Source of the DNA: Carpediemonas membranifera BICM
Taxonomy: Eukaryota; Protista; Fornicata
Reading direction: 5' to 3'
NCBI GenBank assembly: GCA_019828565.1
Contig: JAHDYR010000003.1
Coordinates: forward strand, 1 to 64,000
Length of the DNA stretch: 64,000 bases
In this document: positions 30,741 to 44,985 of the stretch, piece after piece
How positions within the stretch are numbered: the stretch's first letter is position 1
Layout: the number at the start of each line of letters is the position of its first letter
Notes under the pieces: model-generated
What the model was told of the DNA's origin: nothing
The model's database searches: none
The model's input: the letters and a program-made list of their open reading frames with translations, nothing else
Program-made: the position numbers and the translations under genes

Positions 30741-33700
30741 ATGGTAACCTACAAGATACTTAGTCTGAACACAGAGGGACACATAGGAAGAGGAAAGGAC
30801 TTCACGGCGTCTATGGCAACGGCGATTCAGCTAAGGTTGAAGGACATAGAGGCAGTACTCATACAAGAGACATGGAGAACGGCGAATACGAGGGTTCATT
30901 GCTTCATGGACCTTGACTACGCACTAGCAGGGAGGGAGACGGAAGAGGACCTGGTCTTAGCCAACGAAAAACGAAAGGCGGATGTCAAAAGTCAGCACCG
31001 CATCAACCGACAACTAGGCATAGCAGGCAATGACGAACCTGCGCCAAGATGGAAGGGAACAAGGGAAGGCATCGGCACGATAGTGAGCCCACACGCAACT
31101 GCAAAGTGGGACATCGGCATATCGGACAGCCTATCGGGAAGAGTGCAAGCCAGCATAATGAGAACCGGCAGGGACATACTAGTCATCAACGTGTATGGCC
31201 CTCCATCCGGCCACAGCAAGCAGGAGAAGGATGGATTCAGGGACACTATACAGAAGATCATGGACATGAAAGGGAGCATGGAGGCCATAATTATGGGAGA
31301 CTGGAACATCGACCCAGGCCAGATGGAAAGATCCACCCGGTGGAAGGATATGATGGAGAAGCACAGGCTCAAAGCCATCATACCCAAGTCTGGGACGCTC
31401 ACATCAGGAACATCAACCCCGGACTTTGCAGTGACAACACCAGGAATCCAGGGGGCGGAGATTGAGGTGGTAGAGTCTCAGAAGGTCGGGGTATGGGGCT
31501 CAGCACACAATGGAATCACACTAGCATGGAAGGAACAACGGTACTATGGCAGAAGTGAGCGAGACGTGGCTCTGGCCATACCCGAGGTGCACACCTGGCC
31601 CATGAAAAAGAAGGAGGGGCCAGTCACAGTCTCAAAGCTGAACAGGATCAAGAGCTCGGACCAATGGGAAGAGACTATAAGAGCATGCATGGGCGACCCA
31701 GTGAACAACAGGGGAGCAAAGGCAAGGGACAAAGTGTTCGGGAACGGAGTGTGGAGCGAACTCCAGCGAACCCCATGGACAGAAATAGGCAACAGGACCA
31801 GGAAGGAAAGGATGAAAGAGGAGCTGGAGAAATACTGGGGAGAGCGCAGGGCCAAATGGGTGGCCGACCTCAGCAGAAGTGCAAAGGGGGTATAGGGCCT
31901 CAAGGGCCTCAGTGGAAGCTGCCATCAGAAGGTGGTGGTGTGTTAACCAATACAAGGGAATGCCGGAGAGCCTCCTCAAGGACGGAGTGATAACCACGGA
32001 CAAGGCGGCCATCAGCGAGATCCTCTTGCAACAGTATGCTAGAGTCAGCAGAGGCAGGGAACCCACCTGGAAGACATGGAGGGGCAGGGACGGAAATGAG
32101 TTCAAGGAAAGCGAGGTCAAAGCCGCAATCAAAAGGATCAGGAGGGACACCGCACCAGGGCCTGACCTCACATCTGGAGACATGCTGAGAGAGCTGGATG
32201 AGAAAGGCCTTAGGGAAGTGACGAGGCTCATCAACAGGGTCTACAGGGAGGGCGACGTACCCAAAGCATGGAAGTATGCCACAGTGTCGGCCATACACAA
32301 GACAGGGAAGCCAAGGGTCAAGCCGGAATCATATAGACCAATATCCTTGACACCACTGCTATACAGGGTCTATGGTAGATTGCTCAAGATACGTCTGGAA
32401 GCAGCAACGAAAAGGTTCATACCAAGAGAACAGGCTGGTTTCCAGTCAGACAGGGACGTCATCCAGCAGATACAGTACATTGTGCAGCGGCACCAGGAGG
32501 GGTGAGACCACGTCAATCTTTCTGGACATCGAGAAGGCATATGACACGGTACCAAGGGACATTCTCATGGATAAGCTACAGGGTATGGGGGTGGAGGAGC
32601 ACTTGATCAGGGCAATTCAAGGCACAATAAAGGAAACCTGGATATCAGTCAAGGGGGCAAAGGCATGGGAAAGAACCAACAGGGGAGTTAAGCAAGGGTG
32701 CGTCCTGGCACCGACATTGTTTGTGCTGTTCATGGCTAACTGGCCCCACCTGGCCAGAAAGAAAATCAAGGGAGAACGGTACGACATCAGAGAACCGCCA
32801 AGGACCACGAGCCACCTCAGCGACCGACTACCGGCAGCACTTACCATGTTTGTGGATGACACTGCGGTCACAGGGAGCAAACCGGAGCATAGCCAGATGG
32901 TCGCCAACATAATGGTAGACATAATCAAAGAGCATGAAATGAGGGTGAACGCCCAGAAGAATGTAATGATTAGCGTGGACAGAACAGCCCTAGTCAGGAT
33001 CGAGGGGGTAACACTACTGCCAGAGAAGGAGGCGAGATACCTGGGATTATGGATCGCAAGTGGGAAGGACCCTATGTCGGCCTGCATAAGGCGGAAACAG
33101 GAGCAGAGCGAAAGGTACAAGAGACTGGTGAGATGGGCAGGGTGGACCAGGGCAAACATGCCAGCACTAGCAAGCAGGCTACTACTGGAAATATATATAT
33201 GGCCCAGGATCCTCTTCGGAGTCGAGGTGTGGGGGAACGCACCGGGAGGTAGAAGGATCTGGAATGACTGGCAGGGAATCATGGCAGGAACAGGACCGGG
33301 AGGGGGCGCAGCCATGAGGCTGATGAATGGATGGGTGGACCTCCAGGCACACATGGAATGGCTGGCAGTCAAAAGGATAGTCAACTACAGGGACCAGGAT
33401 ATACCAGTCAGAAACAGAGAATGGGGGCGAGGCACGGTTATGTGGGAAGCTAGGGAGAGAGTGCAGCATCTACTGGAGGGCACCAGAGAGGGAGCCCCTA
33501 AACCAGCGCTACTGGATTATGGCATGGAAACGATCAGGAGGGGGTGGATGAAGCGGTGCAAAAGCCGTACGGCACTAGGACTAATGGAAATCATGGGGAC
33601 AAGGAAATTAAGCAAGTGTCTGCAAGGTAAGCCTACGGTAGACCGAAAGGCTGGGAAGGGGCAAAGCAGGGCGGAATGGAAGAGAATTGTATCCATTGCA

Positions 33701-34180
33701 GCCAATGTCAGCCCATCCCCATCGTCGGCAGAGAGAGGGGAGGGCCCTATGAGAGCCATCACAGAGCTGGCCCAAGGCGCTGACCTGAAGAGAGAAATTA
33801 GCAGACTATGCCCCCTATGCTCGGAGGAGTCGGAGGTGAGCCTGTTCTACAGGATCATTAGGGAAAAGCCAGGACCAGCAAGGAAGCAGGAAATGATCAG
33901 GGAGTGGGCAGAGGGCCAGAGGCTAGGATCGGCAGCGCACATAATCTGTGAATGCCCGGCAGTAGACAGGGGAGATGCTTGGACAAACCTGTGGACAGCA
34001 GCGAAGCACAAAACTAAGGACTTGGAAGTAAGGCAGGGCCCCCAGGGCGAATGGTACCAGGAAAGACCCATCCTAGAATTGCAGCAACTAATAATATGGG
34101 GCTCGGAGGACATTTGGGAAGGCCTCACGGCAGGACTACGGGAACTGGCAAAGGTTTACAACAGCTTCAAGGTGGAATAG
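30741..34180 (+). CDS. LINE ORF2: AP endonuclease + RT + C-terminal Zn motif (frameshifts near 31890 and 32500)
   Basis: SLNTEG, IQET, NVYGP, MGDWN, SAHN; APGPD, YRPISL, QAGF, LDIEKAYD, QGCVLAP, FVDD, YLG; CPLC...HIICEC. Confidence 0.92.
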
Positions 34181-35208
34181 AAGCATGTCATGAACCCCTG
34201 ACTCCAGGACCGGGAAGGGATGGACAAGGAATCAGCCATGGACCACCCTCGCTGGGTGCCAAGCTCCTGGGATCAGTGAGGAAAGGCCCCACGTATCCCG
34301 GTGGCCAGGAACCAAAGCAAGGGAAGGAACGACTGCAAGGGAAGAACAGGGAAGGACAGACCAGAAATAAGAAAGAAAGGACATGCCACAAGGACAGAGC
34401 AAGGATAAGGTCAAGGAAATCCATATTCATATGGTTGCACCACTCGTTGGGACCCCAAGGAAACTGCAGGGACTGGCCACGGGGGTCGGAGGGGCACAGG
34501 TGCCCCTGCCGTCCTTGTTAAACGACATGGGAAACCAAGGACATGTAGTGCAAGCGAAATGTTGTGAGGGGTAACAGGACAACCAGGCCTAGTGCCTGGG
34601 GGTACACCACCCATGCCCTGACCCACGCCACCTAACCGGGGTAGACAGTATGGACTTAGCCACTTTCCCCGCCTTCGGGTAGGCTTCCTAACAGAGTCGA
34701 GGGGGCATGGAATTGGGGAACCGGACAGAAGAGAGGGTGCCGTGGCTGAACGGCTCTACAAGGACTGCAGGGAAGCAAGGAGTGTCATAGTCAAGGTCCT
34801 GCAGGACGATCCTGCCTGTCAATGCCCCGAGGACAGACCCCCAGGCTCCCCGGATAGTTGCCGGACTTTCAGGGAGACAGGAAAGCATATTTGCACGGAG
34901 ATGGCCGCAGGGCCTCTGGGGCGATTGGAATCGGCTTTCCGCGGAGACTGTAGCACCGAAAGCCCAAGGCAAACGCTGCTGACCAGTTTGCCACGGGAAA
35001 TAGGCAGTACCCCGGGGCACTCAGCTCCAAGACAACGGGAAACAAGCTCAGTCCGGGGTCAGAATCCAAGCACCATAAATTTCTTTCTTTCTTTCTTTCA
35101 TCTCTAGTACCGAGACTGGCATCAGCCTCGGACAACTAGCCCTTCCTTGAGGGGATGACGGGGTTCCCGTACCCGTCGTGGCTTCTAATGCCTTTTTTCA
35201 TGGGAGCT

Positions 35209-35940
35209 TTACTTGCTGGGTTCTGTACCCATAGTTAGTCGTTTCAGTCTGTCTGCGGCCCACTGGCGGTCCTTGCGCACAGCCTGGGCAATGTAGGGTC
35301 TAAGGCTAGCCGCCGAGGCCCATCCTCCGAGGAAGGCAATGCTCTCAAGCGGCGTGCCGTGTAGAGCCTCAGAAGAGGCTCCGCCCTTACGGAATGAGTG
35401 GAAAGTGACACCTGGCCCAAAGGCCGACGTGATGTATCGTCTCATCTCTCTCTCAGAACACTCGTGCTTGAGGCTTAGACCCTTAGGTGTGACTCGGCGC
35501 CACAGCCGATCGCTGGGGCTCTTCAGGCGCGCTTCGAGCCACTTCAAAGCCGTTGCGACGTCAAAGTGGTCTGATGCCAGCTCCGAAAAGGCTATGAACC
35601 TGTCGAAGTTGATCTGGCCGACCTTAGTTGTCTTAGCGCGCACAGTCACTCCAGAGTCATTTGCAGAGATGTCCTCCTTTGTCAGAGAGAGTACTTCGAT
35701 GCCTCTGGCAACACATAAGAAGCAAGTGGAACCAAAGACAACCGCCTGCCAGTTCTCTACTGATCTTGCATCATAAACAGATGCAATTGCCGCCCGCATC
35801 TCCTCAGAAGAGATTGGTCTTGCCCCACCGGTAGCCCGCGTGCTGTTAGAGACCTTCTTTGCCATACGGATGATACGCTCGCTGAACTCTGAAGGCCTCC
35901 AGTCGGAGAATTGAGGAGCGAGCTTACACACCCAATAACC
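35209..35940 (-). CDS. Tyrosine recombinase of YR2 (5' end cut by LTR)
   Basis: VARGIE, HSFRKGGAS, LGGW, LRPYI. Confidence 0.9.
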   Translation of the reverse strand, partial: GYWVCKLAPQFSDWRPSEFSERIIRMAKKVSNSTRATGGARPISSEEMRAAIASVYDARSVENWQAVVFGSTCFLCVARGIEVLSLTKEDISANDSGVTVRAKTTKVGQINFDRFIAFSELASDHFDVATALKWLEARLKSPSDRLWRRVTPKGLSLKHECSEREMRRYITSAFGPGVTFHSFRKGGASSEALHGTPLESIAFLGGWASAASLRPYIAQAVRKDRQWAADRLKRLTMGTEPSK

Positions 35941-36441
35941 TGTCAGACCAACCGACCCCTTCCCAACTGTGGCGACAACAGTATTTACACATAACCTGCG
36001 AAGCAGGGGTGAGTGTGCCCGTAGCTATAAATAGCAATAATAATAACTGAGGCACTGACACTACCCCCCTCGAGCTGTAAGTGGGGCGTATGAATGATGG
36101 TGCCGAAGATATGTTTTGATGTCATCAAATCTTTCGGTCAGATCTCGAGGATATTCTCCACGATATTCGCCAGGAGTCTGGGTTCGAGTCCCGGGATGGT
36201 CACTTTTGTCGAACAGCGGATCAATTGATGAGCGAGTTGTTCGTGATGACGGTATGATGTCCAGAATAAGCCTGGTGTGTTCGAAACGCGAAGGATACTG
36301 TTAGAAAGTCCTTCTTTCCCCCCTTTTCCTGCTATCGGTTCTCGATGAGGGAATGCATGATGTCCTGTTCGAACTGCGTTCGTTCGGATGAATGGTTGTA
36401 CAATAAGCAACATCAACATGAGATTAGGATGGGCTGATGTT

Positions 36442-37702
36442 CTATAGTCGCTTTTCCAGCTTTGAGCGCTCGTCGGGCGGTAGCGTCAACAAGTAACTGT
36501 CTAATGCGACGAGCTGGCGGTTCTCTGCATCTAGAGGTTCCCACGTAGCCTCTGAGTGTTTGAATCCTGCCCAGAGGATCTTGGTCAGGCCTGGTTCCTT
36601 CCTCAGGTCGTGATCCAGGATGGCTTCGACGACAAGTTCGTCGTGATCCAGGGCCGCCATTTTGAGGGCCGCCTCTGGGCTGACGGGCGCTGCGATCATG
36701 CGCTCCCCGTGGATGTGAACCACCTTCTTCGTATTGAGGTCCTTCAGTCGGTAGACGTTGGGGTCTTCGCCACGACCCAGGACCTTAAGTGGTCCCCGGA
36801 GGAAGGGTGAGAGCTTCTGGGGCTTCCTGCTCGGGATGATAAACGCGAACTCGTGCGGCTTCCACCTGTGGGTGGTCTTGAAGTGATCTCCCCGGCGCTT
36901 AGCCGCGTTGTACTCCTCCACAGCATGCTTGCTCAGTGCGCGGATGCGGCCGAGGGCCTCGATGTGACTGGCGAGAGCTGTAGATGCGCGCTCGGGGTCG
37001 GTGTAGCTGCGTGGGGTCTTCAAGTGTCGAGGGCTGATGCCCAGTAAGGCCTCGAGGGGTGATATTCCCCCAAGAGTGCGATGTGGAGCGGAGTTGACGA
37101 GGAATTGGGCATTATAAAGCCATCTTTGCCATTCGTTGGACTCTGCTTCCATCATGAGTTTGCGTAGAGCGCGCACGGCCGTGCAATTCGCTCGCTCAAC
37201 TATACCCGAGCTCTGTGGATGGTAGGCTGTAGCAATGTGGTGCTTGAGGGTCATTTCACTCGTAAGCTTCTCCATAAGCTTGTTGTGGTACTGGGATCCT
37301 CCATCGGTGTGGATCTCCTGAGGAATGCCGAAGCGGCCAGCGAATGCGAGTAGGGCCTGTGCGGCTGAGTCTGCAGACGTGTCCCGGACTGGAACTAGGT
37401 CGACGTACTTGGTAAAGGAGTCAATGATGGTGATGATATATCGATTGCCCCGAGTGGATTCGGGCAGGGGCCCGATCGTGTCCAGCTGGACTGTCTCGAA
37501 CGGCTCTACCCTCTGCGTGCTATGCCACGCGGTCTGGCGCGCTTGGATCTGTCGAGTCTTCAGACATGTCGGACAGGTCCGAACGAAGGCGTCGATGTAG
37601 AGGTCAATGGTCTCGCGTTGAGCTGGCGTTGCCAGCCTGCGGATGAATCTGGCTGATGGGTGGCCGGCGGATCCTCCATGAAGGGTCCGGAGGATGGCGC
37701 GG
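36442..37702 (-). CDS. Integrase + chromodomain of B
   Basis: H..H..CPTC, DTIGP, TDGG, VER, LVVEAILDH..WAG. Confidence 0.9.
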
Positions 37703-40700
37703 TGTCGTGGATCTTTAGATCCATGCATATATTTATTCCTGATCTGATTACGATCTGGTCTTGATTTGTCTTTTGTTTTTAAACACTTCGCATTGTTCGT
37801 TGTTGTTCTACCCCCGCGCGCCTACAACAGTAATATTACTGATGAACATTGAGCAACTAACGAATTATTTCGCCCCATACCTGTCGTCCACTAAGGCAAA
37901 GGGCTGGTACTCCTTCAGAGAAAGCTACTACCTTTACGCCGTTCGAGCACGCGATCCTGCGCCGATATACGAGTGCGTTGCACGCACTGTGCTTGAGACT
38001 TTCGCCCTTGAAAGTGAAGACGTTCGACGCCTTGATGCGTTACGTAGCCCTCCGACGCCAACGCCCTCAGGCCCAGCCTCGAGATCCACTTCTCTTTCTT
38101 CCGCCTCCGGCAGAAGAACAAGCTCTCGACGACGACAGCTCCAGTGATTCTTCATCCTCCGCCTCTTCCTCTTCCTCCTCCGAAGCTCCTGACCACGTCT
38201 CCATCGACTCTATCTTCTCCCACGAGTCCGACATGAACGATCCGACGATGCTTTACGCTTCAGCCCAGCATCTCAACAAGTTCTTTATTGACGCCGTCAA
38301 CCGTATCTTCAAGCCCCGTGACAAGCAGAGTGCCCTCGATCGCTTCAACGATATAAGCTTTTCGAAGGGCCGCGAGCTATACGAGAACATGATGCACTAC
38401 TGTCTGCTGTACCGCCGTACCCTGCAAAACTGCTGTGACGTTCGCCCCAAGGAGTCTCATCTGGTAACCAAATTCCTATCGAACATCAGCGACGCCCGTC
38501 TGCGCCAAAGGTGCAAGACCGAGGCCGACAAGCGCAGTCTGCGCAATACGATGCAGCTCTCCCTCAGACAGGCCAAGGAGCAGGAACGCGTTCGGTACGA
38601 GACCAAGGCAGAAGCTGAATTAAAAGATCAGCCCTGCCTTGAGTTGACTGAAGATTACCTGGACGCTATTGATGAAGCCCATTCGTGCACCGATGTGCGT
38701 GATCGACCAATCTACCCAATTCACCTTGGGGACCACAAGGTCATGGCACTATACGACACTGGAGCCACCGCGAATTTCCTCAGCCTAGCCCTCGCGAAGT
38801 CAATCGGTGTCACGCTCAATCCAGAGCGCCATCGTATCAGGCTAGCCACCGGACAGATTGTTGTGTGCACCCATATCGCGCAACTCTCAGTCCACTTTCC
38901 CTCCGTGACAGGCCACGACCTGACAGCCGATATCAAGTTTATCATCCTCCCAAACCTTGATTTCGACGCCGTCATTGGCTTCCCCACGTTACGGAACACA
39001 GGCCTTTTCGAGATCCCAGAGGTCTCCGACATCTCCATCCTGGATGACGAGGAGGACATGGAACTGGACGCCATGGCGGAAGAACCCGATGAGCCGCGGA
39101 TCGAACTGTTTAGAGAAGAGATCCAAAGGCTACTGAAGAAGTACGACGTCACCGGCGACATTTCGTCCCCATCTCTCCTAGATCCCTTCACCATACGCAC
39201 CAAGGATGCCCAAGTCATCAACCGTTATCCATACAGATACTCCGACTCCGTGATGAAAGAGATTCATCGTCAAACAGACACCCTAGAGTCTCTACGAGTC
39301 CTGGAGCCGTCTGACTCCCCATACAACAACCCTATTGTCATGGCTGGCAAACGCAACGGTGAAGCCAGGATGTGTCTGGACTTTCGGGAGCTCAACAAGG
39401 TCACCCTGGACCTTATACATCCCCCTACCATTGATCGATGACCTCGTGTCTCATCTCGAGGGCATGCAGTTTTTCGCTGCCTTGGACCTCACAAAAGCAT
39501 TTCACCAGGTTGAGATTGACCCCCATTCTAGGCCTCTCACAGCTTTTACAGCTGGAAAGAAAAAGCTGCAATACTGCCGTATGCCTTTTGGGCTGAAAAA
39601 CGCGCCTATTCACATGCAGCGGGCTCTTGAGAAGGCTATGGGCGGTGCACTCTACACTAAGTGCTTGGTCTACATCGATGATATAGTAGTTTTCGGCCGA
39701 TCCAAAGAGGAATACCTCGCAAACCTTCAAGATGTGCTGTCTCGCCTTTCCAGGCATGGCCTGAAGCTCAATCTAGCGAAGTCTGTGTTCTCCGCCACGG
39801 AGATAGACTATCTGGGCTGGCACATTGACGCACACGGTAAGCGGGTCTCCTCTGATCGCCTCGACGCCATTAAGGCCCTACGCCCCGCGACATCTCTCAC
39901 TGGTCTCCGCGCCCTCATTGGTCTAGCTAACTACTTCCGCGCTCTCCTACCCGACTACGCAACGAGGATGGAACCCCTTATCTCACTCACGAGGGCATCC
40001 AAGTTTGACTGGGGACAGGAACAGGACGCTGCCTTAACCTGGATCAAGGACCGCCTCTTGAACGAGGAAGTCCTAGTCCACCCACGTCCCGGAGAGGCAC
40101 TGCATTTATTTACAGACGCTTCTGACGTCGGGATAGGCGGTGTGCTGACCAACTCCGAGGGAAAACCCGTCTCATATTTTGCCAAGACTCTCTCGTCGAC
40201 ACAAAGACGATGGAGCACTATCGAGAAAGAGTGCTTCGCAATATTCCACGGCATTACGAAGCTTAGGCGCTACCTAGCCGGCAGAGTGTTTGAAATCCAC
40301 ACGGACCACCGCAATTTGACTTACATGCACCACAGTATCAACTCGAAGGTCATGCGCTGGGCCATGGCACTCTCCGAGTACGACTACAGCATCAGCCACG
40401 TCGCTGGGGTCGATAACGGCGCTGCCGACGCTCTCTCTCGACTATTCACTTTGGACGACGTCCCTGACGAACGTTTCACCACCTTCCAAGCTCACCACAA
40501 TGGCTCAGTAGGCCATCTTGGCCGTGATGCCACCTGCCGGAAAATCGCTCAAGCCGGTCTCTCATGGCCCGGCATGAAGTCCGACGTCCGTCGGTTCATT
40601 GGCGAATGCCCGGTTTGCCAGCTGGTGCGCTCTAAGCGATCCACTATCCCGTCGGAACGCCACTCTCTCATGGGGAGCTATCCCTTTGAAGTGGCCCAGG

Positions 40701-42283
40701 CTGACTCGATCGGCCCCATGGACGTCCCCGGGTGCCACTCTTACGGCCTTGTCGTGGTGGACACCTTCTCCCGTTTGACACAGGTTTATCCCACCACCGA
40801 TACAACCTCATCCGAGGCTATCCGCGTCCTGTCGTCTTGGAGACAACACTACGGCACCCCTGCCACTCTGATCACTGATGGAGCCTCGCAGTTCTGTTCT
40901 GAGGAGTTCAAGTCCTTCTGCAACCAGTCTAGCATTATTCACAAGGTCGGGACACCCTACCACCCAGCTGGGCAAGGATCCGTAGAAAGGCAGAATGAGG
41001 AGGTTAAGCGCCACCTGCGCGCATATCTCTTGGAGAATGATGGTACGTGGGAGGAGGGTGTGAACCAAATCACATCAATTATCAACAACGCCCCTCTCAG
41101 CACGTCTCAGCTATCGCCGAACCAGGTTTTATTCGGGAAGGAAGTACCGATACCTGCAGGCTCTCTCTCCATGGAGCTCTTCTACTCCACACTCCAGGCT
41201 TTGAGGTCCGAACAGCTCAAAATGACCTCCCGGCAATCCCCTACAGCAACGCACGCAGCGGAGCACCTCGTGGGTCAGGGCGTGATAGTTCGCAGGAACA
41301 CTACCGGCCACGTGATCACACGCGGTCCTTGTCGGATCATCCGCAAGGCCGAGCGGCCGAATGTGTACATTGTTCGTGACTTCACGCTCAACAAGGACTT
41401 CGAAGCTCATGCTGACTCGCTAACTCACTTCAGGGGCACCTACACCGACAAGGAGCTTGCCGACTGGGCCGCCCGTCACCAAGGTGAGTACCTAGTCCGG
41501 TCCATCCTTGCTCACCGGGTCCGAGCTGGACGGCTGCAACTGTCCGTCGCGTATGAGGGGTACGATGACGCCGACTCCACATGGAACGAGTTCGATAAGT
41601 CTATGGATCAGCTCGAGGCGTTCGACGCGTACCTTGCCGCTCACCCCAGGCTCAAGAAGAACTTAAGACGGTACAAGTGGTGGCTTAAGCCATCATCATA
41701 GCCGCAACATGTCCATACTGCACGTAAATGGACCTCTGTTTCTTCGTTCTCTACCGCTTTCACCGCCACCATCCGAAAACTAACTAATTTGAACATAACT
41801 AAGTAACTGGTGGTGGATACCGCTTCTATACGGCTAACTACTTGATATTGATTACTTATATGGCTCGTCGTTGAGATCTTAGGCGGCTACGAGCTCGAAC
41901 GGAGGGAAGAAAGCGAAAATAGCGAGAACTCGCCATTGAGGCCTCGTTGGGCCTTCTAAGGGCCATTTTCGCGCTCTTGTTGGGATCGTGCTCATTCAAC
42001 TGGCATTACTTCCAGCAATAGGAAAACTCGTTGGATGTCGTCATCAATTGATTGCTGACGAGATTTTGATCCTGATTTCCCCCTTAGAGCATCCCGAGGG
42101 AGCAACTGGGCTCACCATAGCTCAGTGGCGCCCAATTACTGACCATGGGAGGGAAGTGTCGTGGATCTTTAGATCCATGCATATATTTATTCCTGATCTG
42201 ATTACGATCTGGTCTTGATTTGTCTTTTGTTTTTAAACACTTCGCATTGTTCGTTGTTGTTCTACCCCCGCGCGCCTACAACA
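37703..42283 (+). mobile_element. Gypsy element C
   Basis: LTRs 37703-37829 and 42157-42283; 5-bp TSD CGCGG; PPT GGGAGGGAAG. Confidence 0.95.
37842..41701 (+). CDS. gag-pol of C (frameshifted): protease, RT, RNase H, integrase, chromodomain
   Basis: LYDTGAT, YIDD, TDAS, TDGA, YLVRSILAHR. Confidence 0.9.
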
Positions 42284-42288
42284 CGCGG

Positions 42289-44985
42289 GCGTCTTCTGGT
42301 ATGTCGTCAGTGGTCAGGAAGCAGCAGCGACTAAGAGCGTCTGCTACAGCGTTGTCCTCCCCTGCCACATGTGATATCTCCGCGGGGAACTGCTGGAGGG
42401 TGATCCTCCAGCGCATTACCTTCGGTGAGCAGTCCGAGCGCTTCATGAGGTAGACGATATTGCGATGGTCTGTGTGGACGTGTAGGTCCGTGGCCATGGT
42501 GAACAGGGGCTGCATGTCTGATCTGGTGAGTGCACTAAGGATACCATACAGTTCCTTATCATAGGTGCACCAGCGGCGTTGCACATCAGTCAGTCTCTTG
42601 GAGAATAACGTGACGGGCTGATGTTGGCCGTCCGCAGCGATCTGGTATAGAATACCGCCGACCGCGTTGTCGGACGCGTCTGTATAGAGATGCCAGGGTA
42701 GACCCGGGTCCGGCTGGGTGAGGGTGATGGCCTCCGCTGTGGCCTCCTTGAGGCTCTGGAGGGCCTGTTCTTGTGGATCACCCCACTCCTCGGCCTTGAT
42801 TGCGTCATAGAGCGGGCCAAGAAGCTCCTGTGCGTGCGGAAGGTGCTCAGCGATGTAATTGAACATGCCAGCAATGCGTCGCATGTCCTTGACAGAGGTG
42901 GGAGATGTGATGTCGTTGAGGGCCTTGGCTCTCTCGGGGTCCACGCTGCGACCTTGCTCCGAGATGTCGAAGCCGACGACCTTGACCTTACGGGAGGCGA
43001 ACTTGCACTTCGCGAGGTTAAGTCTCAAGTCATGGCGATCGAGTAGCACTAAGGTGTGCTCTAGCGTCTGGAGGAATTCCTCCTGTGTCTTTGCGTGGAT
43101 GAGGATGTCATCAATGTAGACCATGACACCCTTGTGAAGCACGGGTGCGAGGACTCCTTGCATGACTCTTTGGAAGTGAGACGGCGCATTTGCTAGGCCG
43201 AATGGCACCCGCACGAACTCGTCATACGCGTCTGGGGTGATCATAGCCGTCTTGCGGACGTCGTCCGGGTGGACTGGGACTTGATGATACCCGGACGTGA
43301 GGTCCAGCGCCGCGAAGAAGCGTGAGCCGGATGCTTCCCGTACAAACGACTTCAAGTCGGGGAGGGGGAAGTGGTCCTTGACTGTGAGCTGTATAGTCAA
43401 TACACAGTCTGATGGCGCCGGATGCCTTGTCTACGACGACAATGGGAGAGGCAAACGGTCCCTGTGAGGCCCGTGTGATACCTGCCGATCGCAGGCGCTG
43501 CAGCTCTTCTCTGACTTGCTCACGGCGTCTGGGATTGAGGCGGCGGGGCTTGGCTTGCACGAGGTGCTGTTCGTCCACTAGCGGGATGCGCATGGCGGGC
43601 ACCTTGGCTCCTCCGGGCGCCAGGCCGTCAAGAACGTGAGGGTGCTGCTCCAATATCGCTGTGATCGGTTGCTTAAGCTCCTCGATCTCAATGTTGGGCT
43701 GTACGTCGTTGGCCAGCAGTAATTCTTCTGCTGGTCTGAAAGGAATATCGTCCCCTTCGTCTGCTGCGGTTTCTTTCACGAGCTTAACAAAAAGGCCATC
43801 GGAAGTGAGGCATCCGAGGCTTCTCAGAATATCGCAGCCTATGAGGATCAGGGGGTTTTTCCCTGGTATGATGTCGAGGTTGGCAGTGAAGCGGGTCTCG
43901 TGGCCAGCTAGCACTGACTGGTCTGCCAGTAAATAATGCCGCGTAGGGCCCGTTGAATGGGGTAAGGTAAGGACGAGATCCTTTGCTAGTCCCTCCGAAA
44001 CTCCTGAACGTCTGGCGCATGAATCAATGTGGAACACGTAATCTTGGCCATTTATATGGCCCGTAGTCTTGAGCACGTCGTCCTCGGTGTCGATCTCGGC
44101 ATCGTCAAGGATCATGGCCTCGAACGGGGTCTTGGCCTTGAGCTCAGATTTGGCTCTGAGGCCGCCGCCCGACTCCCTGGAGCGTGTCTTCTCTGAACGG
44201 GACACTCGTTCCGCCAGTGATTGCCCTGGCAGATGGGGCAAGGGGTCTTCGGGGGCCTGTTGGTCGGATGGATGTCGTTCGGACGCGGCTTGGAGGTGGG
44301 AGCCGCTTCCTTGGCCTTGATGGGGAGGGCCTGCTTGGTGCTGGAGGATTCGTCAGTGTCGGGGTCGCTGTTGGCCTTGGTTCTGGCCTTCTTGGTGCGC
44401 ACTAGATCGTAGCCGTAGCGCGTCATGTCCAGGCGAAGCTGGTCTTCAACCCGGGCGGCCTCGGTGATGAGTTTGTACACGTCCTCGAGCTTGGTTGGCT
44501 TTCGGAGGTCATACTCCGTGCGGACGACACGTTGGAAAGCGTCAGGTGCCAGATGGGAGAGGCACAGCTTGGTGGCTTTTTCGATGACGGTATCGTCGTC
44601 GCGGGAGAGGTTCTCCTCTTCGGAGAATGTGCCCTTTGTGTAGAGCTGGAAGATGTCCTGGAATGCGTTGATGTACTTGCGCACAAGGACGGTGCGGGTG
44701 TTGAGGTCGGTGATAGTGGATTCACAGCGGACTTTGCTCAGCTCGGCGAGCCATTGGCGGGATGTTTGAGGGCCGACGAGCTTGTCGAGGTGCTTGAAGA
44801 GCTCCTCTTCGGTGATGGTTTCAGCGTTGAGGTCGAACTGTCGCTGAATGAGATCCGACAAGGCGTCGGTGAGGAAAAGGGAGGCTTTCGCGTCAGGTGA
44901 ACACCTTGAGGCGTTGGACTTGCCTCTTGAAGGAGCGGACGCTCTCGCGGTCGAGGTTAATAGCGTCGAGCTCTGGAATTGTCAT
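42289..44985 (-). CDS. gag, protease, RT and RNase H of B (frameshifted)
   Basis: CPICQGNHWRNEC knuckle, IDSCA, YIDD, TDAS; rejoins integrase as PEDARAILR when C is removed. Confidence 0.88.

Larger units (their letters stand above)
20289..35097 (+). mobile_element. Full-length APE-type LINE (about 8.7 kb without nested gypsy A)
   Basis: 14-bp TSD TCATCTCTAGTACC at 20275-20288 and 35098-35111; (TTTC)n 3' tail from 35080; same purine-rich bias in both ORFs. Confidence 0.9.
19530..35940 (-). mobile_element. Second YR retroelement (YR2) 3' part, interrupted by the LINE and cut at 35941 by gypsy F
   Basis: YR ORF at 35209-35940; 19530-20274 shares CCAACGGGGGG and CATAAACTGC motifs with YR1 repeats; the LINE TSD joins 20288 to 35112. 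Confidence 0.65.
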
